From the sequence record PQ182779.1: DNA of 64,000 nucleotides; one strand, given 5' to 3'. The position numbers and the translations under genes were made by a program. The notes beneath the pieces were generated by a model that worked only from the letters and a program-made list of their open reading frames with translations, did no database searches and was not told the DNA's origin. Below, piece after piece: positions 46,976-56,017 of this stretch. Positions within the stretch are counted from its first letter, which is position 1, and every line of letters begins with the position of its first letter.

Positions 46976-47367
46976 TAGGTGGGGATATAAAGATAGAAGA
47001 GAGTAAGGAACCTAAGTTTTTTGTTCTCGAAGCAAAACGAAGTCCCGATATTAGACTCTTTCCGCGTACTAGTTCTTCCATTGAACCGAAATGGGCAGTG
47101 ATAAAAAACAGTGACGGTTATATTCTATCGCGTAACCTCCTGCCATTAAGATATAAAATGGATGGTTCACTTTACGATGAGAAGGGTATTTCTGACCGGT
47201 ATGAAAATTACTATTACGAAGTAGAGACGATCGTAAGACGACTCAATGATGGCAAACCACCCTTTTCAGCGGGAAAAACAAAAGGAAATTTTCTACACGA
47301 TAAATGGGTATTAACCTTCATTATTGCTACATTAGTGATATTGGGGTCCATCCTTTACTGGTGCTAG
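46963..47367 (+). CDS. Membrane-anchored hypothetical protein (paralog 2)
   Basis: The likely start is ATG 46963 after GGGGA; C-terminal hydrophobic helix. Confidence 0.7.
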   Translation: MVEIIGGDIKIEESKEPKFFVLEAKRSPDIRLFPRTSSSIEPKWAVIKNSDGYILSRNLLPLRYKMDGSLYDEKGISDRYENYYYEVETIVRRLNDGKPPFSAGKTKGNFLHDKWVLTFIIATLVILGSILYWC

Positions 47368-47377
47368 GGGTAAGAAA

Positions 47378-47605
47378 ATGAACCTTTATCCAACCACTGT
47401 TGTCGGGGAGTGGATGTTGCTTTTTGCTGCTTTACTATTCGCCCTTATGGTAGTGTCTTTTATTTTTGATCTCTTTCGAAGATTACCCCTAAAGAAAAAA
47501 ATAAACAATTTCGCATTTGTTTTGGGAACGACCCTACTGCTGTGGCCGACATTTTTTCGTATCTACGAAGAAGTTTGGTTTTGGATAACTACGCCGGGGT
47601 TCTAA
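47378..47605 (+). CDS. Small membrane protein (75 aa)
   Basis: Two hydrophobic segments; RBS GGGG. Confidence 0.7.
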   Translation: MNLYPTTVVGEWMLLFAALLFALMVVSFIFDLFRRLPLKKKINNFAFVLGTTLLLWPTFFRIYEEVWFWITTPGF

Positions 47606-47635
47606 AATACCCCCATTGCAAGAAGGTGACATTAG

Positions 47636-48130
47636 ATGACGTTGAACCCAAACAATGACGGTATTGACCACATCAACATTTACTCTAAGTCCAAGAACCG
47701 TCTCGGGTTCTTTCTCTCTCACTTTCCAAAGACACCTTTCATTCACCCTGAGTACGGAAACTTTGAAAGTATGGAAGGGTTTTGGTATTACGCAAAAACC
47801 GGTTTTAAACACCAATACCTCAGAGGCTTGTACGGTAACGAGGCGAAAGCATTTGGGAAGAAATTGGAAGTGGTTCATCATCCTGATTTCCTCTCGATTA
47901 TCAAAGCTGCTAATCTGGCGAAACTGAATACTTACAAACACCAATACCAAGCGTTAGTCAATTCAACCCTACCTTTTACCCATTACTACGTCTTCGGTAA
48001 TTGGCGAATGGAGAAAGGGGCGCGTGTCTGGGAAGACGACGTTAAAGTTGTTACGCCTAAAAGCGGAGAATGGTTAGTGGAGTTTTGGGAAGAAACTCGA
48101 CGGCTTTTAAAATCTATATCACCTGAGTGA
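47636..48130 (+). CDS. NADAR/YbiA-like protein
   Basis: LSHFPKTPF...GNFESMEGFWYYAKTG...EAKAFGKK resembles the NADAR LSNF...F.SVEHYY...K...AK..GR pattern. Confidence 0.55.
   Translation: MTLNPNNDGIDHINIYSKSKNRLGFFLSHFPKTPFIHPEYGNFESMEGFWYYAKTGFKHQYLRGLYGNEAKAFGKKLEVVHHPDFLSIIKAANLAKLNTYKHQYQALVNSTLPFTHYYVFGNWRMEKGARVWEDDVKVVTPKSGEWLVEFWEETRRLLKSISPE
48112..48122 (+). promoter_or_regulatory. Putative early promoter ATCTATATCAC upstream of sspB
   Basis: Motif match about 40 nt before the sspB ATG. Confidence 0.68.
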
Positions 48131-48160
48131 AGGTAATTAAATAACAATCGGGAGTAACAC

Positions 48161-48589
48161 ATGTCTTCTTTAAATAAAGCGTTGTTTGATGCAGGTTATA
48201 GCTGGCTTATCGATAATGGCAGCCGTATTTACATCACGGTATTTGGTACCGAAATCACCGTGAATCCCATTCTTCGTCAATATGTCAAACCGGTCCCTAA
48301 CATGCAGGGCTATCACGTATTGACACTGAATGTTTCTCCGCATTCCTGTCAGCTTTCTTCACTGGACGAAGGGTTGTTCTTCGAAGGGCGTTTCGGGGGT
48401 AAACTCGCCTCAGACACTTTCCCGTGGGGGTCCGTCATTCAGATGTTTAACCCTGATAACCCGGAACAGATGATTCAACTCCCGCAAAAACTCATCACTG
48501 CTGACGGGCGTTCTGACGAACCCGCTGAACCGGTAAAAGAAACTAAGAAACCAAACCCATTTTCGGTTATCTCCGGAGGGAAGGAATAA
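48161..48589 (+). CDS. sspB: SspB-like ClpXP protease adaptor
   Basis: YSWLIDN, LTLNVSP and FEGRFGG match E. coli SspB YEWLLDN, IVLNIAP and FNARFGG; flexible tail ending FSVISGGKE. Confidence 0.8.
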   Translation: MSSLNKALFDAGYSWLIDNGSRIYITVFGTEITVNPILRQYVKPVPNMQGYHVLTLNVSPHSCQLSSLDEGLFFEGRFGGKLASDTFPWGSVIQMFNPDNPEQMIQLPQKLITADGRSDEPAEPVKETKKPNPFSVISGGKE

Positions 48590-48879
48590 TGTCGGCAAAG
48601 AAAGTCAAGCAGTCTCCAACTGTCGCCTATGACCGCAATCCAAATTATCCTTACATCGGCGACATCGTAAGTGAAGCTGATTTACATCTGCTCGCGCGCG
48701 ATGAAAATCTGTTCTCCGCCAGCATCGGGTTGATTGAGAAACATCCCGATGAATTCACCGCGGTGGTCGGAACACCGACAGGAACCATTATCGCCAATGC
48801 GTGTGGGTCAATCGAACTTCCGATCCGCACCCTCAAACTGGGTCAAAAACTTTCCTTGAGGAAGAATCTTAATGGCTAA
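48589..48879 (+). CDS. Hypothetical protein (96 aa)
   Basis: TAATG coupling to sspB. Confidence 0.7.
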   Translation: MSAKKVKQSPTVAYDRNPNYPYIGDIVSEADLHLLARDENLFSASIGLIEKHPDEFTAVVGTPTGTIIANACGSIELPIRTLKLGQKLSLRKNLNG

Positions 48880-49498
48880 AATGATTCATGAAGGTGACTA
48901 CAGTCGAGTAGATATCCGCGATTACGACATTCGCGATGATAAGGTTATTCTGTTAAAGAGCGGGCAGTACGAGTTTGATATCGACTCTGCTCGCAAATTG
49001 GCCATGGATATCCTCGCGTCGTGTCAATTAGCCGAATCTCATTTCCGTAAAGAGGAAGGCTACGCTGATGACGAAGTACTCACTGAAGAACAAAGAGCGA
49101 CCCTCCCGGCTATTTGCGTACACGAGCCGTCACCGGGTATCTTTGTTCAGGTTCGTATCGTTTCAGCGGCGAATATCTGGGGAACGGTGAAACCGAACGA
49201 AAGACTCAGAGAAGCGCTGGAATTAAAAGAGGAAGAGCCCTTGGTCATTCCTTCTTCGCGCCATGGTTCGCTTCTTCAGCATATCCTCGGCGATGAGATC
49301 AAACGCCTCCGGGCAAAGGCAGGTGAAGAACCCGTTAGTTTCCCGCACGGTAGCGGACAAGGGTTTATCGACCAATGGGATCGTTATTGGAATCGAGAAG
49401 ACGCATTTGTCATTGCGAAACACGCCGGGCAAATTAACGCCACACGGCCCAACGTTGTGATCATTAACAACGAACTTTATTCCGAAAACTTATATTGA
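48872..49498 (+). CDS. Conserved phage hypothetical protein (208 aa)
   Basis: C-terminal QGFIDQWDRYWNREDAFVIA...ELYSENLY domain typical of phage hypotheticals; followed by a terminator. Confidence 0.75.
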   Translation: MAKMIHEGDYSRVDIRDYDIRDDKVILLKSGQYEFDIDSARKLAMDILASCQLAESHFRKEEGYADDEVLTEEQRATLPAICVHEPSPGIFVQVRIVSAANIWGTVKPNERLREALELKEEEPLVIPSSRHGSLLQHILGDEIKRLRAKAGEEPVSFPHGSGQGFIDQWDRYWNREDAFVIAKHAGQINATRPNVVIINNELYSENLY

Positions 49499-49501
49499 CC
49501 G

Positions 49502-49540
49502 ACTGAGAGAGGGCGTTACCCCTCTCTCAGTTATTATTTC
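49502..49540 (+). terminator. Terminator
   Basis: ACTGAGAGAGGG...CCCTCTCTCAGT followed by TATTATTT. Confidence 0.7.
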
Positions 49541-49560
49541 TTAAATACCGGAGGTGTACT

Positions 49561-49686
49561 ATGTCAGTAGAATGGAAAATCGTTATTTTCGTAATCTTCT
49601 GTTACGGTGGTGCTTGGTACATCTCCGGTGCGATACTTAAGATACTGTTTGCTATTGGTAAGAAGCTCTATGATTCACTAGAATAA
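49561..49686 (+). CDS. Small membrane peptide (41 aa, MSVEWKIVIFVIFCYGG...), not in the ORF track
   Basis: Strong RBS GGAGGTG; TAA at 49684-49686 overlaps the next RBS; single hydrophobic helix. Confidence 0.65.
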   Translation: MSVEWKIVIFVIFCYGGAWYISGAILKILFAIGKKLYDSLE

Positions 49687-49695
49687 GGAGACGCT

Positions 49696-49956
49696 ATGGC
49701 CTTGAAAAAATGTTTGAAAATACAGAGAAGGAAACTGAAAAGGAGTTCCGTCACCGCCAACCATATTTTCCTCATTAAAGTATCCAAACCCTATTTTGAT
49801 GGTTTAGACAGTAATCTCACAATTTCAGCGCCACGCCGGATGGGGAAAACGTTACTTGCGACCAGGCTGAAAAAATGTGCTGAGATGGGTCATCTATTGA
49901 AAAACCGCGTTCACTATCGGCACGGGTTAAAAATGTTCTCAACCGAGGGGCTCTAA
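49696..49956 (+). CDS. Basic hypothetical protein (86 aa)
   Basis: RBS AAGGAG; TAATG coupling to the next gene. Confidence 0.65.
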   Translation: MALKKCLKIQRRKLKRSSVTANHIFLIKVSKPYFDGLDSNLTISAPRRMGKTLLATRLKKCAEMGHLLKNRVHYRHGLKMFSTEGL

Positions 49957-50450
49957 TGCTTATTAAATTTTTTGGTAAAGTCTTTGCGACGGGTGTGGAT
50001 AAGGTAACGATGGAAAATCAGAAACAATTTAGCGGCATTGGTAACGGAACAGCGCTGAGTAATCTTGCTCCTGAAAACGCGACCTATGAAGAGTCGGACC
50101 CTTTCGTTCTCTGGTTAAATTCGCTTCACCCGTTAACCAGGGCCATCAACTGGCCCTCGGCGGGCAATGACCCGTTTAAAGAAATCGGCCTAAGAAAACT
50201 AATCATGGACTTTGACACCTACGCAAAGCAAGGTTGGTTTTCTCTTTGCCCTGTTACAAACACCTGTGATCTCCTCGGCATTACGCGTTCACTTAAAGGT
50301 GATCTCGCTTATGAAAAACTCCGGGCTATCCACTGTGCCGATTTCAAGATTATGGATATCCTAGTTATCAGACAAATACCAAAGCTCTGTAACGACATTC
50401 TCGACGGGGTTAAACACGGCAACGAATTCTTTCGATCCTTTAATAACTAA
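49956..50450 (+). CDS. Hypothetical protein (164 aa)
   Basis: In-operon ORF with an RBS. Confidence 0.7.
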   Translation: MLIKFFGKVFATGVDKVTMENQKQFSGIGNGTALSNLAPENATYEESDPFVLWLNSLHPLTRAINWPSAGNDPFKEIGLRKLIMDFDTYAKQGWFSLCPVTNTCDLLGITRSLKGDLAYEKLRAIHCADFKIMDILVIRQIPKLCNDILDGVKHGNEFFRSFNN

Positions 50451-50467
50451 CGATAAAGAGGTGAATC

Positions 50468-50782
50468 ATGTTAACGCACGTGATTGAACTGAAATATGTG
50501 GAACTCCCTATTGTTCCGACTGAGTACAACGGGTTCTTACGTATCCTGGCAGGCGACCCCGCCGCCGATATCCTGAATGAACCACCCGTCACGCCACGGC
50601 TTCCTGAACAAGACGCGTTAGATTACGCGACCTTGAATTTCGTGTACGACGGAAATCACACCGCAGTTCTTTATCCCGGTGATTTGATTCTGATTCACGA
50701 CAACAGTCGGTTCAGTGTTGTACTCAACCCGGATGCGGATTACCTGCGAAGCCTCCTTTTAACGGTAGGTGTGAAGTCATGA
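50468..50782 (+). CDS. Hypothetical protein (104 aa)
   Basis: RBS GAGGTG. Confidence 0.72.
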   Translation: MLTHVIELKYVELPIVPTEYNGFLRILAGDPAADILNEPPVTPRLPEQDALDYATLNFVYDGNHTAVLYPGDLILIHDNSRFSVVLNPDADYLRSLLLTVGVKS

Positions 50783-51021
50783 GTACAGCGGGAATGTTGA
50801 TATCTGCCGGCGGGGCGCTCTGGGCGGTTGTGTTTCTGATGATCGTGTGGAAACCTATCGTTAACCCCAAGTATCGCCGCGTCGTCCTCCGTATGGAGAT
50901 CTGGAAGGTTTTGACAATTGGTATTGCATGGCCTTTTATCTGCATCGGAATATTCGTCGGGTTGGTTTGGTACCTGAACATCTATAACCCGTTCAAGAAA
51001 GACAACAACGATATACGATAG
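50779..51021 (+). CDS. Small membrane protein (80 aa)
   Basis: ATGA overlap and two hydrophobic segments. Confidence 0.7.
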   Translation: MSTAGMLISAGGALWAVVFLMIVWKPIVNPKYRRVVLRMEIWKVLTIGIAWPFICIGIFVGLVWYLNIYNPFKKDNNDIR

Positions 51022-51034
51022 GAGAAGAAAATTA

Positions 51035-51427
51035 ATGGCGTTAATGAAAACACTATCAGCAATATTGTTTTCTGGGGCAGGGATCAGTTTGAGCTATTAC
51101 CTCCCATGGGCGGAGAAGCGTTTGTTTCTGATGAAGCTAAACGCTAATCGGAAAAGTCTCCGTCACGCCAGTTACCACGACCAGGTGTTCGCTAAACGCG
51201 CAGTGAAACTGCTCTATCGGAATCTCCGTTCCGCTGAAAAGAAAAGTCTGCCGTTCTCGGCGTTTGTTTCTTTAGCAGAGGTGTACCAGTACGAACCCGC
51301 GCACCTGGTTGTTTTTCTCACCCCAACGGCAACAAGTTTAACTGTAGAGGTTTATATCCGTAGCCGTCGTTTTGATAACCGTAAATACAAAGTCCGTACA
51401 TGGACTTTCCGTCCCTGGACCGAATAA
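51035..51427 (+). CDS. Hypothetical protein (130 aa) with an N-terminal hydrophobic segment
   Basis: RBS AGGAG. Confidence 0.7.
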   Translation: MALMKTLSAILFSGAGISLSYYLPWAEKRLFLMKLNANRKSLRHASYHDQVFAKRAVKLLYRNLRSAEKKSLPFSAFVSLAEVYQYEPAHLVVFLTPTATSLTVEVYIRSRRFDNRKYKVRTWTFRPWTE

Positions 51428-51440
51428 AGGAAACTAAAGC

Positions 51441-51755
51441 ATGTTGAATCAAATTATTGAGATTTGTGGTTTAGATGTCGATGAAGAAGCAGATATGGCG
51501 TACGCTGCTGAGTTAGAGAAAACCGTGACGATGTTACTCGAGCGGAACGACGTTGGTCATGTTATCGGTACCATGAACCAGCTGATTGTAGATGGTCCGG
51601 TCTACGATGGCGATATTCATTCTAAGTCAGGACGGGATTTCCTTCTGATGGAAGACTACGCCGTCAAGGTGGTGGTCAAGAATGAGCAGGGCTTCAATGC
51701 GATGAATCATAAGGGCTGGGACTTGCATCGTCTTTATCACCATTTCGTAGGCTAA
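51441..51755 (+). CDS. Hypothetical protein (104 aa)
   Basis: RBS AAGGA. Confidence 0.72.
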   Translation: MLNQIIEICGLDVDEEADMAYAAELEKTVTMLLERNDVGHVIGTMNQLIVDGPVYDGDIHSKSGRDFLLMEDYAVKVVVKNEQGFNAMNHKGWDLHRLYHHFVG

Positions 51756-51773
51756 TAAGGAAGGGTATATCAG

Positions 51774-52985
51774 ATGTTTGACTTAGGCGTAGTAATCGGT
51801 AAATTCGCGCCCCTTACGTTGGGGCACATCAACTTAATCACAGAGGCTGCTGTGCAGTCTAAGCATGTCCTCGTTATTCTTTCCCACGACCAACGTTGGC
51901 TGGATAAACAATCGCCACGAGACCAAAAGGTACTCAACTTCAAAAATCGTCTGCGCTGGCTGCAACAGACTTACGCGGATACAGAGCACGTCACGATCGA
52001 TTTCATTGACGAGGCTTCTGTACCGGAATACCCGAACGGTTGGAAAGAATACGCTGCTCTGCTCGGCGCTAAGATTTTCAACGAGGCGGGTAGACTGGCA
52101 GCTAACCACAGCCAGGCGCAGAGCATTGCTATTTTCAGTAGCGAGCTAGATTACGATGAAAAATACAAAACGCACCTCGGTTTTGTAGAACATGTCATTG
52201 TTGACAGTAACCGTACCCGCGTCCCCATCTCTGCGACCATGATCCGTGAAAACCTTTACGACCATTGGGAATATCTCCCGAGCATTGTCCGTAAAGATTA
52301 TTGTTTGCGGGTGGTGGTATTAGGTGTTGAGAGTTCTGGGAAAAGTTCCCTCGTCAAGAACCTTGCGAAACTCTACAATACCAGCTGGGTTGAAGAGTAC
52401 GGGCGTACGTACTGTGAAACGGTCTTGGCTGGTTCGGAAGCGACTCTCCGTAGTTCTGACTACCCGTTGATTGCGTATCGTCACAAAGAGCTGGAGGAAG
52501 AAGCATTACGTACTTCTAATCGACTCTGTTTCATCGATACGAACGCCTTCATTACGGAATATTACCATCGACTGTACGAGGGTAAACCTAACCCTATTGT
52601 TTCTGCTATCGCGGCTGAAGAGCATTACGATCTCGTATTAGTTCTTTCGCCGGAAGTACCATGGGTTGATGACGGTCTGCGGTTGAACCCTGACCGCGAG
52701 AAAACAGAGAGTCTTTTCCAGCAAATGCTTCGGGAATTTAAAAACCAAATTCCTCGTTATCGTACAGTCTACATTACAGGAGACTCGTACAAAAGACGGT
52801 TAGATCAAGCTCGAGCAGCTGTAGATCAATTGTTGGCGTTTAACGAAGGGTTTAAAGGATGGGATCCACTAAGGGAAGGTGTACCCGGCAAACTTCAACC
52901 TGCACCGGCCGGTGAGTCCTTTGAATCTGACCCTGCATGGATGGCGGTGGAAAGTGTTGAAGCTAAATACTCCATCAATAATTGA
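51774..52985 (+). CDS. nadR: NadR-type bifunctional NMN adenylyltransferase / ribosylnicotinamide kinase (no HTH domain)
   Basis: VVIGKFAPLTLGHINLI (nucleotidyltransferase signature), then VVLGVESSGKSSLVKNLA (P-loop), EYGRTY and DTNAFIT. Confidence 0.93.
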   Translation: MFDLGVVIGKFAPLTLGHINLITEAAVQSKHVLVILSHDQRWLDKQSPRDQKVLNFKNRLRWLQQTYADTEHVTIDFIDEASVPEYPNGWKEYAALLGAKIFNEAGRLAANHSQAQSIAIFSSELDYDEKYKTHLGFVEHVIVDSNRTRVPISATMIRENLYDHWEYLPSIVRKDYCLRVVVLGVESSGKSSLVKNLAKLYNTSWVEEYGRTYCETVLAGSEATLRSSDYPLIAYRHKELEEEALRTSNRLCFIDTNAFITEYYHRLYEGKPNPIVSAIAAEEHYDLVLVLSPEVPWVDDGLRLNPDREKTESLFQQMLREFKNQIPRYRTVYITGDSYKRRLDQARAAVDQLLAFNEGFKGWDPLREGVPGKLQPAPAGESFESDPAWMAVESVEAKYSINN

Positions 52986-52993
52986 GATCTTAA

Positions 52994-53395
52994 ATGAAAC
53001 CTATCGAACTAGACCGGATTGAATTCACATTACCGCAATCTGGTAATGTCGAACTTATTTTTTCATTATTGAAGGACCGTGATGATACCGCTCCATACTT
53101 TCATCTTTCGTACTTCTTAAATAAAGAAAAATCTTTTCTGAATACCGATATTCGGTTTACTAAAGAGGAACTAAAATATATAGATACTGGCATTCTAACG
53201 TGCTTCGATATTGTAGTGGGTGAGATTTCAAGAAAGGAAAAAGAGAACAGTATTTCTTACGAAAACCAACCATTCTTTACAATTTCTCAGCTGTTTGAAA
53301 AACACATGTTAGGGATGGGTGGTTCGATCAATAAAAAGAAATTTGACGAAGTCATCAAATACTGGATAAGTAAAAACCCCGGCTCGATTGAGTAA
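52994..53395 (+). CDS. Hypothetical protein (133 aa)
   Basis: In-operon ORF between nadR and pnuC. Confidence 0.7.
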   Translation: MKPIELDRIEFTLPQSGNVELIFSLLKDRDDTAPYFHLSYFLNKEKSFLNTDIRFTKEELKYIDTGILTCFDIVVGEISRKEKENSISYENQPFFTISQLFEKHMLGMGGSINKKKFDEVIKYWISKNPGSIE

Positions 53396-53407
53396 GAGAG
53401 GATATAA

Positions 53408-53878
53408 ATGAAAATTTCTGAATTAAATACTTTTTTCCGTAAAACTGGACTTTTCCAAAGCGGTGGGCTAGTGATCATCAAAACGATCAATGAAACCGGC
53501 CAGGCCGGCGTTGCACAAAAGATAGCCGGACTATTCTGCAAAGATGGGGAAGCACCAGAAGATATTCATTTTACCCTGAGCCCTACCTGCGATAACAAAG
53601 AAGCTGTGATGAAAACACTCCGCGAAATTCGAGATATCGCCAGAAATAGCGGGGCCATTATGTTTTATCATGAGTCGATGAACAAGAATCGTTTCCCTGA
53701 TGACGTCGATGGGTATTTCAGCAGATACCATACATCGCTGCGCATCGACAACGAAGCTGATATGTCTGTTTTCGTTTATGAGGACGTAGACGGAATCAGT
53801 ATCTTCATTGATAAGTTCCGCACCCTGAATCCTTACATCGGCGCATATACCCTTCGCCGTATTAAAATTGAGGAATAA
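53408..53878 (+). CDS. Hypothetical protein (156 aa)
   Basis: RBS GAGAGGA. Confidence 0.72.
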   Translation: MKISELNTFFRKTGLFQSGGLVIIKTINETGQAGVAQKIAGLFCKDGEAPEDIHFTLSPTCDNKEAVMKTLREIRDIARNSGAIMFYHESMNKNRFPDDVDGYFSRYHTSLRIDNEADMSVFVYEDVDGISIFIDKFRTLNPYIGAYTLRRIKIEE

Positions 53879-53881
53879 TAA

Positions 53882-54571
53882 ATGAACTCATTGGTAATGA
53901 AAACTTTCACTGACTTTGCGCACTGGAAGAAAGTCGAATACTTTTGGCTGATCGTAGCGTTAATCGTCGTCGGATTGGGGAGCTGGCAAGCCAGTCCGTT
54001 AGAATTCACGGCAGCGCTAACCAACGTTGTCTGCGTGATTCTGGTGGCGAAGGGTCGCGTCTCTAATTATTACTGGGGGACGATTGGTGTAATTACCTAC
54101 GGTATTGTTTCGTACAATACCGGCCTTTATGCCAATGCGGCGTTGAACGCTATTTACCTTCCAATGCAGTTTATCGGTATTTATTACTGGACGAAAGACC
54201 TGGGCAAAACTCCAGCCAAAGCTGACGTAGCGGTTAAAACGATCACTTTACGTGACGTGATAACTTATCTGGTTGTTGGGGTTATCTTCTGGTATGGCCT
54301 GACCGAATACCTGAAAACGACGCAGGATCCGTTTCCTGCCTTAGACGCATTCTGCTTAGTCGCATCGCTCATCGCCATGTGGATGATGATCAAGCAGCAG
54401 CCAGAGCAATGGATTCTCTGGATCATTATCAACTGCGTCACAATTTATCTGTGGGTGATCCCGGCACTTAATCAACCAGGTTCATGGGCGCAGGTGGCAC
54501 AGTGGGCAGTATTCTTGATGAACGCGTTCTACGGTCTTTGGAAATGGTATATCACCAAAACCAATAAATGA
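53882..54571 (+). CDS. pnuC: Nicotinamide riboside transporter PnuC
   Basis: Multi-TM protein with CVILVAKGRVSNYYWG, MQFIGIYYW, PALDAF and EQWILWIIIN motifs; near nadR. Confidence 0.92.
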   Translation: MNSLVMKTFTDFAHWKKVEYFWLIVALIVVGLGSWQASPLEFTAALTNVVCVILVAKGRVSNYYWGTIGVITYGIVSYNTGLYANAALNAIYLPMQFIGIYYWTKDLGKTPAKADVAVKTITLRDVITYLVVGVIFWYGLTEYLKTTQDPFPALDAFCLVASLIAMWMMIKQQPEQWILWIIINCVTIYLWVIPALNQPGSWAQVAQWAVFLMNAFYGLWKWYITKTNK

Positions 54572-54598
54572 TTTAGTTTAACTTAACAGGAAAAAATA

Positions 54599-55033
54599 AT
54601 GCGCTATTACGACAATAACGACGCCAACAATGAGACAGTGAAAGCATTGTTGAAGAAAGTAGGTAAATGGGTAGCGATAGGGACTGTGGCCTTTATTGTA
54701 CTGCTCATGGCAGGGTGCCCCTACTATAACGTATGGCAACAGGGTATGGCGGGAAAAGCGGCGCTGATGAAGGCCACCCAAGACCGTCAGATCGCTGTAC
54801 AGGAAGCAGAAGCTAAGAAAGAATCTGCTAAAAGTCTGGCCGAGGCAGAAGTTATTCGTGCAGGTGGGGTAGCGCGGGCTAACAAGATCATCGGTGACAG
54901 TCTCAAGAATAACGAAGCCTACCTTCGTTACCTTTGGGTGGACAGTTTACAGCAAACCAAGAATCAGGTTATCTACGTCCCAACTGAAGCGAACCTTCCG
55001 GTGATGGAAGCAACACGACTTAAAGGAGAGTAA
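54599..55033 (+). CDS. SPFH/band-7-related phage membrane protein
   Basis: TM helix, then PYYNVWQQ...QIAVQEAEAKKESA coiled coil and YLRYLWV...VIYVPTEANLPVMEATR. Confidence 0.7.
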   Translation: MRYYDNNDANNETVKALLKKVGKWVAIGTVAFIVLLMAGCPYYNVWQQGMAGKAALMKATQDRQIAVQEAEAKKESAKSLAEAEVIRAGGVARANKIIGDSLKNNEAYLRYLWVDSLQQTKNQVIYVPTEANLPVMEATRLKGE

Positions 55034-55036
55034 GTC

Positions 55037-55549
55037 ATGGGTAAAATAAAAGAAATGACTGTCTCAGAGATTCACGCACTATTGAAAACTAGTAGTCTTT
55101 CTGAGACAGGAGGGATTGTACTTAACAAAACGTTTTTGTTACCGAAAGGCGTCGAGTTAGTGAACGAAGATCTGTACAAGGGAATGTTTTCGTGCGACGT
55201 CGCCACGTATACACAATTCACTCACCAGCCACAAAGCCATCTTTTTGATCAAATCCGTTATGTCGCTGAAATGAATCAGGAAGCTGTAGAAGGTGTGAAA
55301 TGTGTGACAGTAGTAAAGGCGATAGGCGGTTACGATACGCTAATGCCAATGGCATTGCGCACCGACCAAGTTCCTACTGGAATTACACAGGGTTGGTTTT
55401 ATACTGGTTTGGAGGATATCGCCGCCATTTCATTTACTGTTATCCCGGACGACAAAGGTAACGAATACGTTTACTTCTACGGTAACAATTTATTAGATGA
55501 TCCTGTCTTAGTCTCTGTTAACCAGCGACTAATTAAGATTTTAGGGTAG
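55037..55549 (+). CDS. Hypothetical protein (170 aa)
   Basis: RBS AAGGAG; followed by a terminator. Confidence 0.72.
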   Translation: MGKIKEMTVSEIHALLKTSSLSETGGIVLNKTFLLPKGVELVNEDLYKGMFSCDVATYTQFTHQPQSHLFDQIRYVAEMNQEAVEGVKCVTVVKAIGGYDTLMPMALRTDQVPTGITQGWFYTGLEDIAAISFTVIPDDKGNEYVYFYGNNLLDDPVLVSVNQRLIKILG

Positions 55550-55582
55550 TCTTCACAAAGAGAATGTTCTCTTATTACCATG

Positions 55583-55615
55583 AGGAGAGGCTTCGGTCTC
55601 TCCTTTTTTATTTTC
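55583..55615 (+). terminator. Terminator with a UUCG loop
   Basis: AGGAGAGGC-TTCG-GTCTCTCCT plus a U tract. Confidence 0.78.
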
Positions 55616-55651
55616 TCGTCAATTGGTCTGAATGAAAGGAGGGTTTGATTT

Positions 55652-56008
55652 ATGCGCGAAGCAATTATGGTGTTAAAGTCCAACGTTGGCGATGTCAACT
55701 TTTACCCCGTTGAAGGCGGTCCATCCGGAATGGAAGTAGGGAAAGTTTACCTGTTATCCCGTTTAAACGAACCTCTCTCGATAGGAGTTTACGTCAATCC
55801 AATGTTTTGTGACGAAGACCTTGAGATGCCCTTTATGGCGCGGGTGTTAAAGTATATCAACGAGTCTGATTCGGAATATATTTTCACATGGGTTCGGGTC
55901 ACGGATAAAGACGAAACAACGGTGACGCTAGACGCCTTATTCAATAATGACCCACCTATCAAGATGCGGTATAAGTTGACCGAAGACGATAAACGAAAAC
56001 TGCACTGA
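55652..56008 (+). CDS. Hypothetical protein (118 aa)
   Basis: RBS AAGGAGG. Confidence 0.72.
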   Translation: MREAIMVLKSNVGDVNFYPVEGGPSGMEVGKVYLLSRLNEPLSIGVYVNPMFCDEDLEMPFMARVLKYINESDSEYIFTWVRVTDKDETTVTLDALFNNDPPIKMRYKLTEDDKRKLH

Positions 56009-56017
56009 GGAAAAAAG

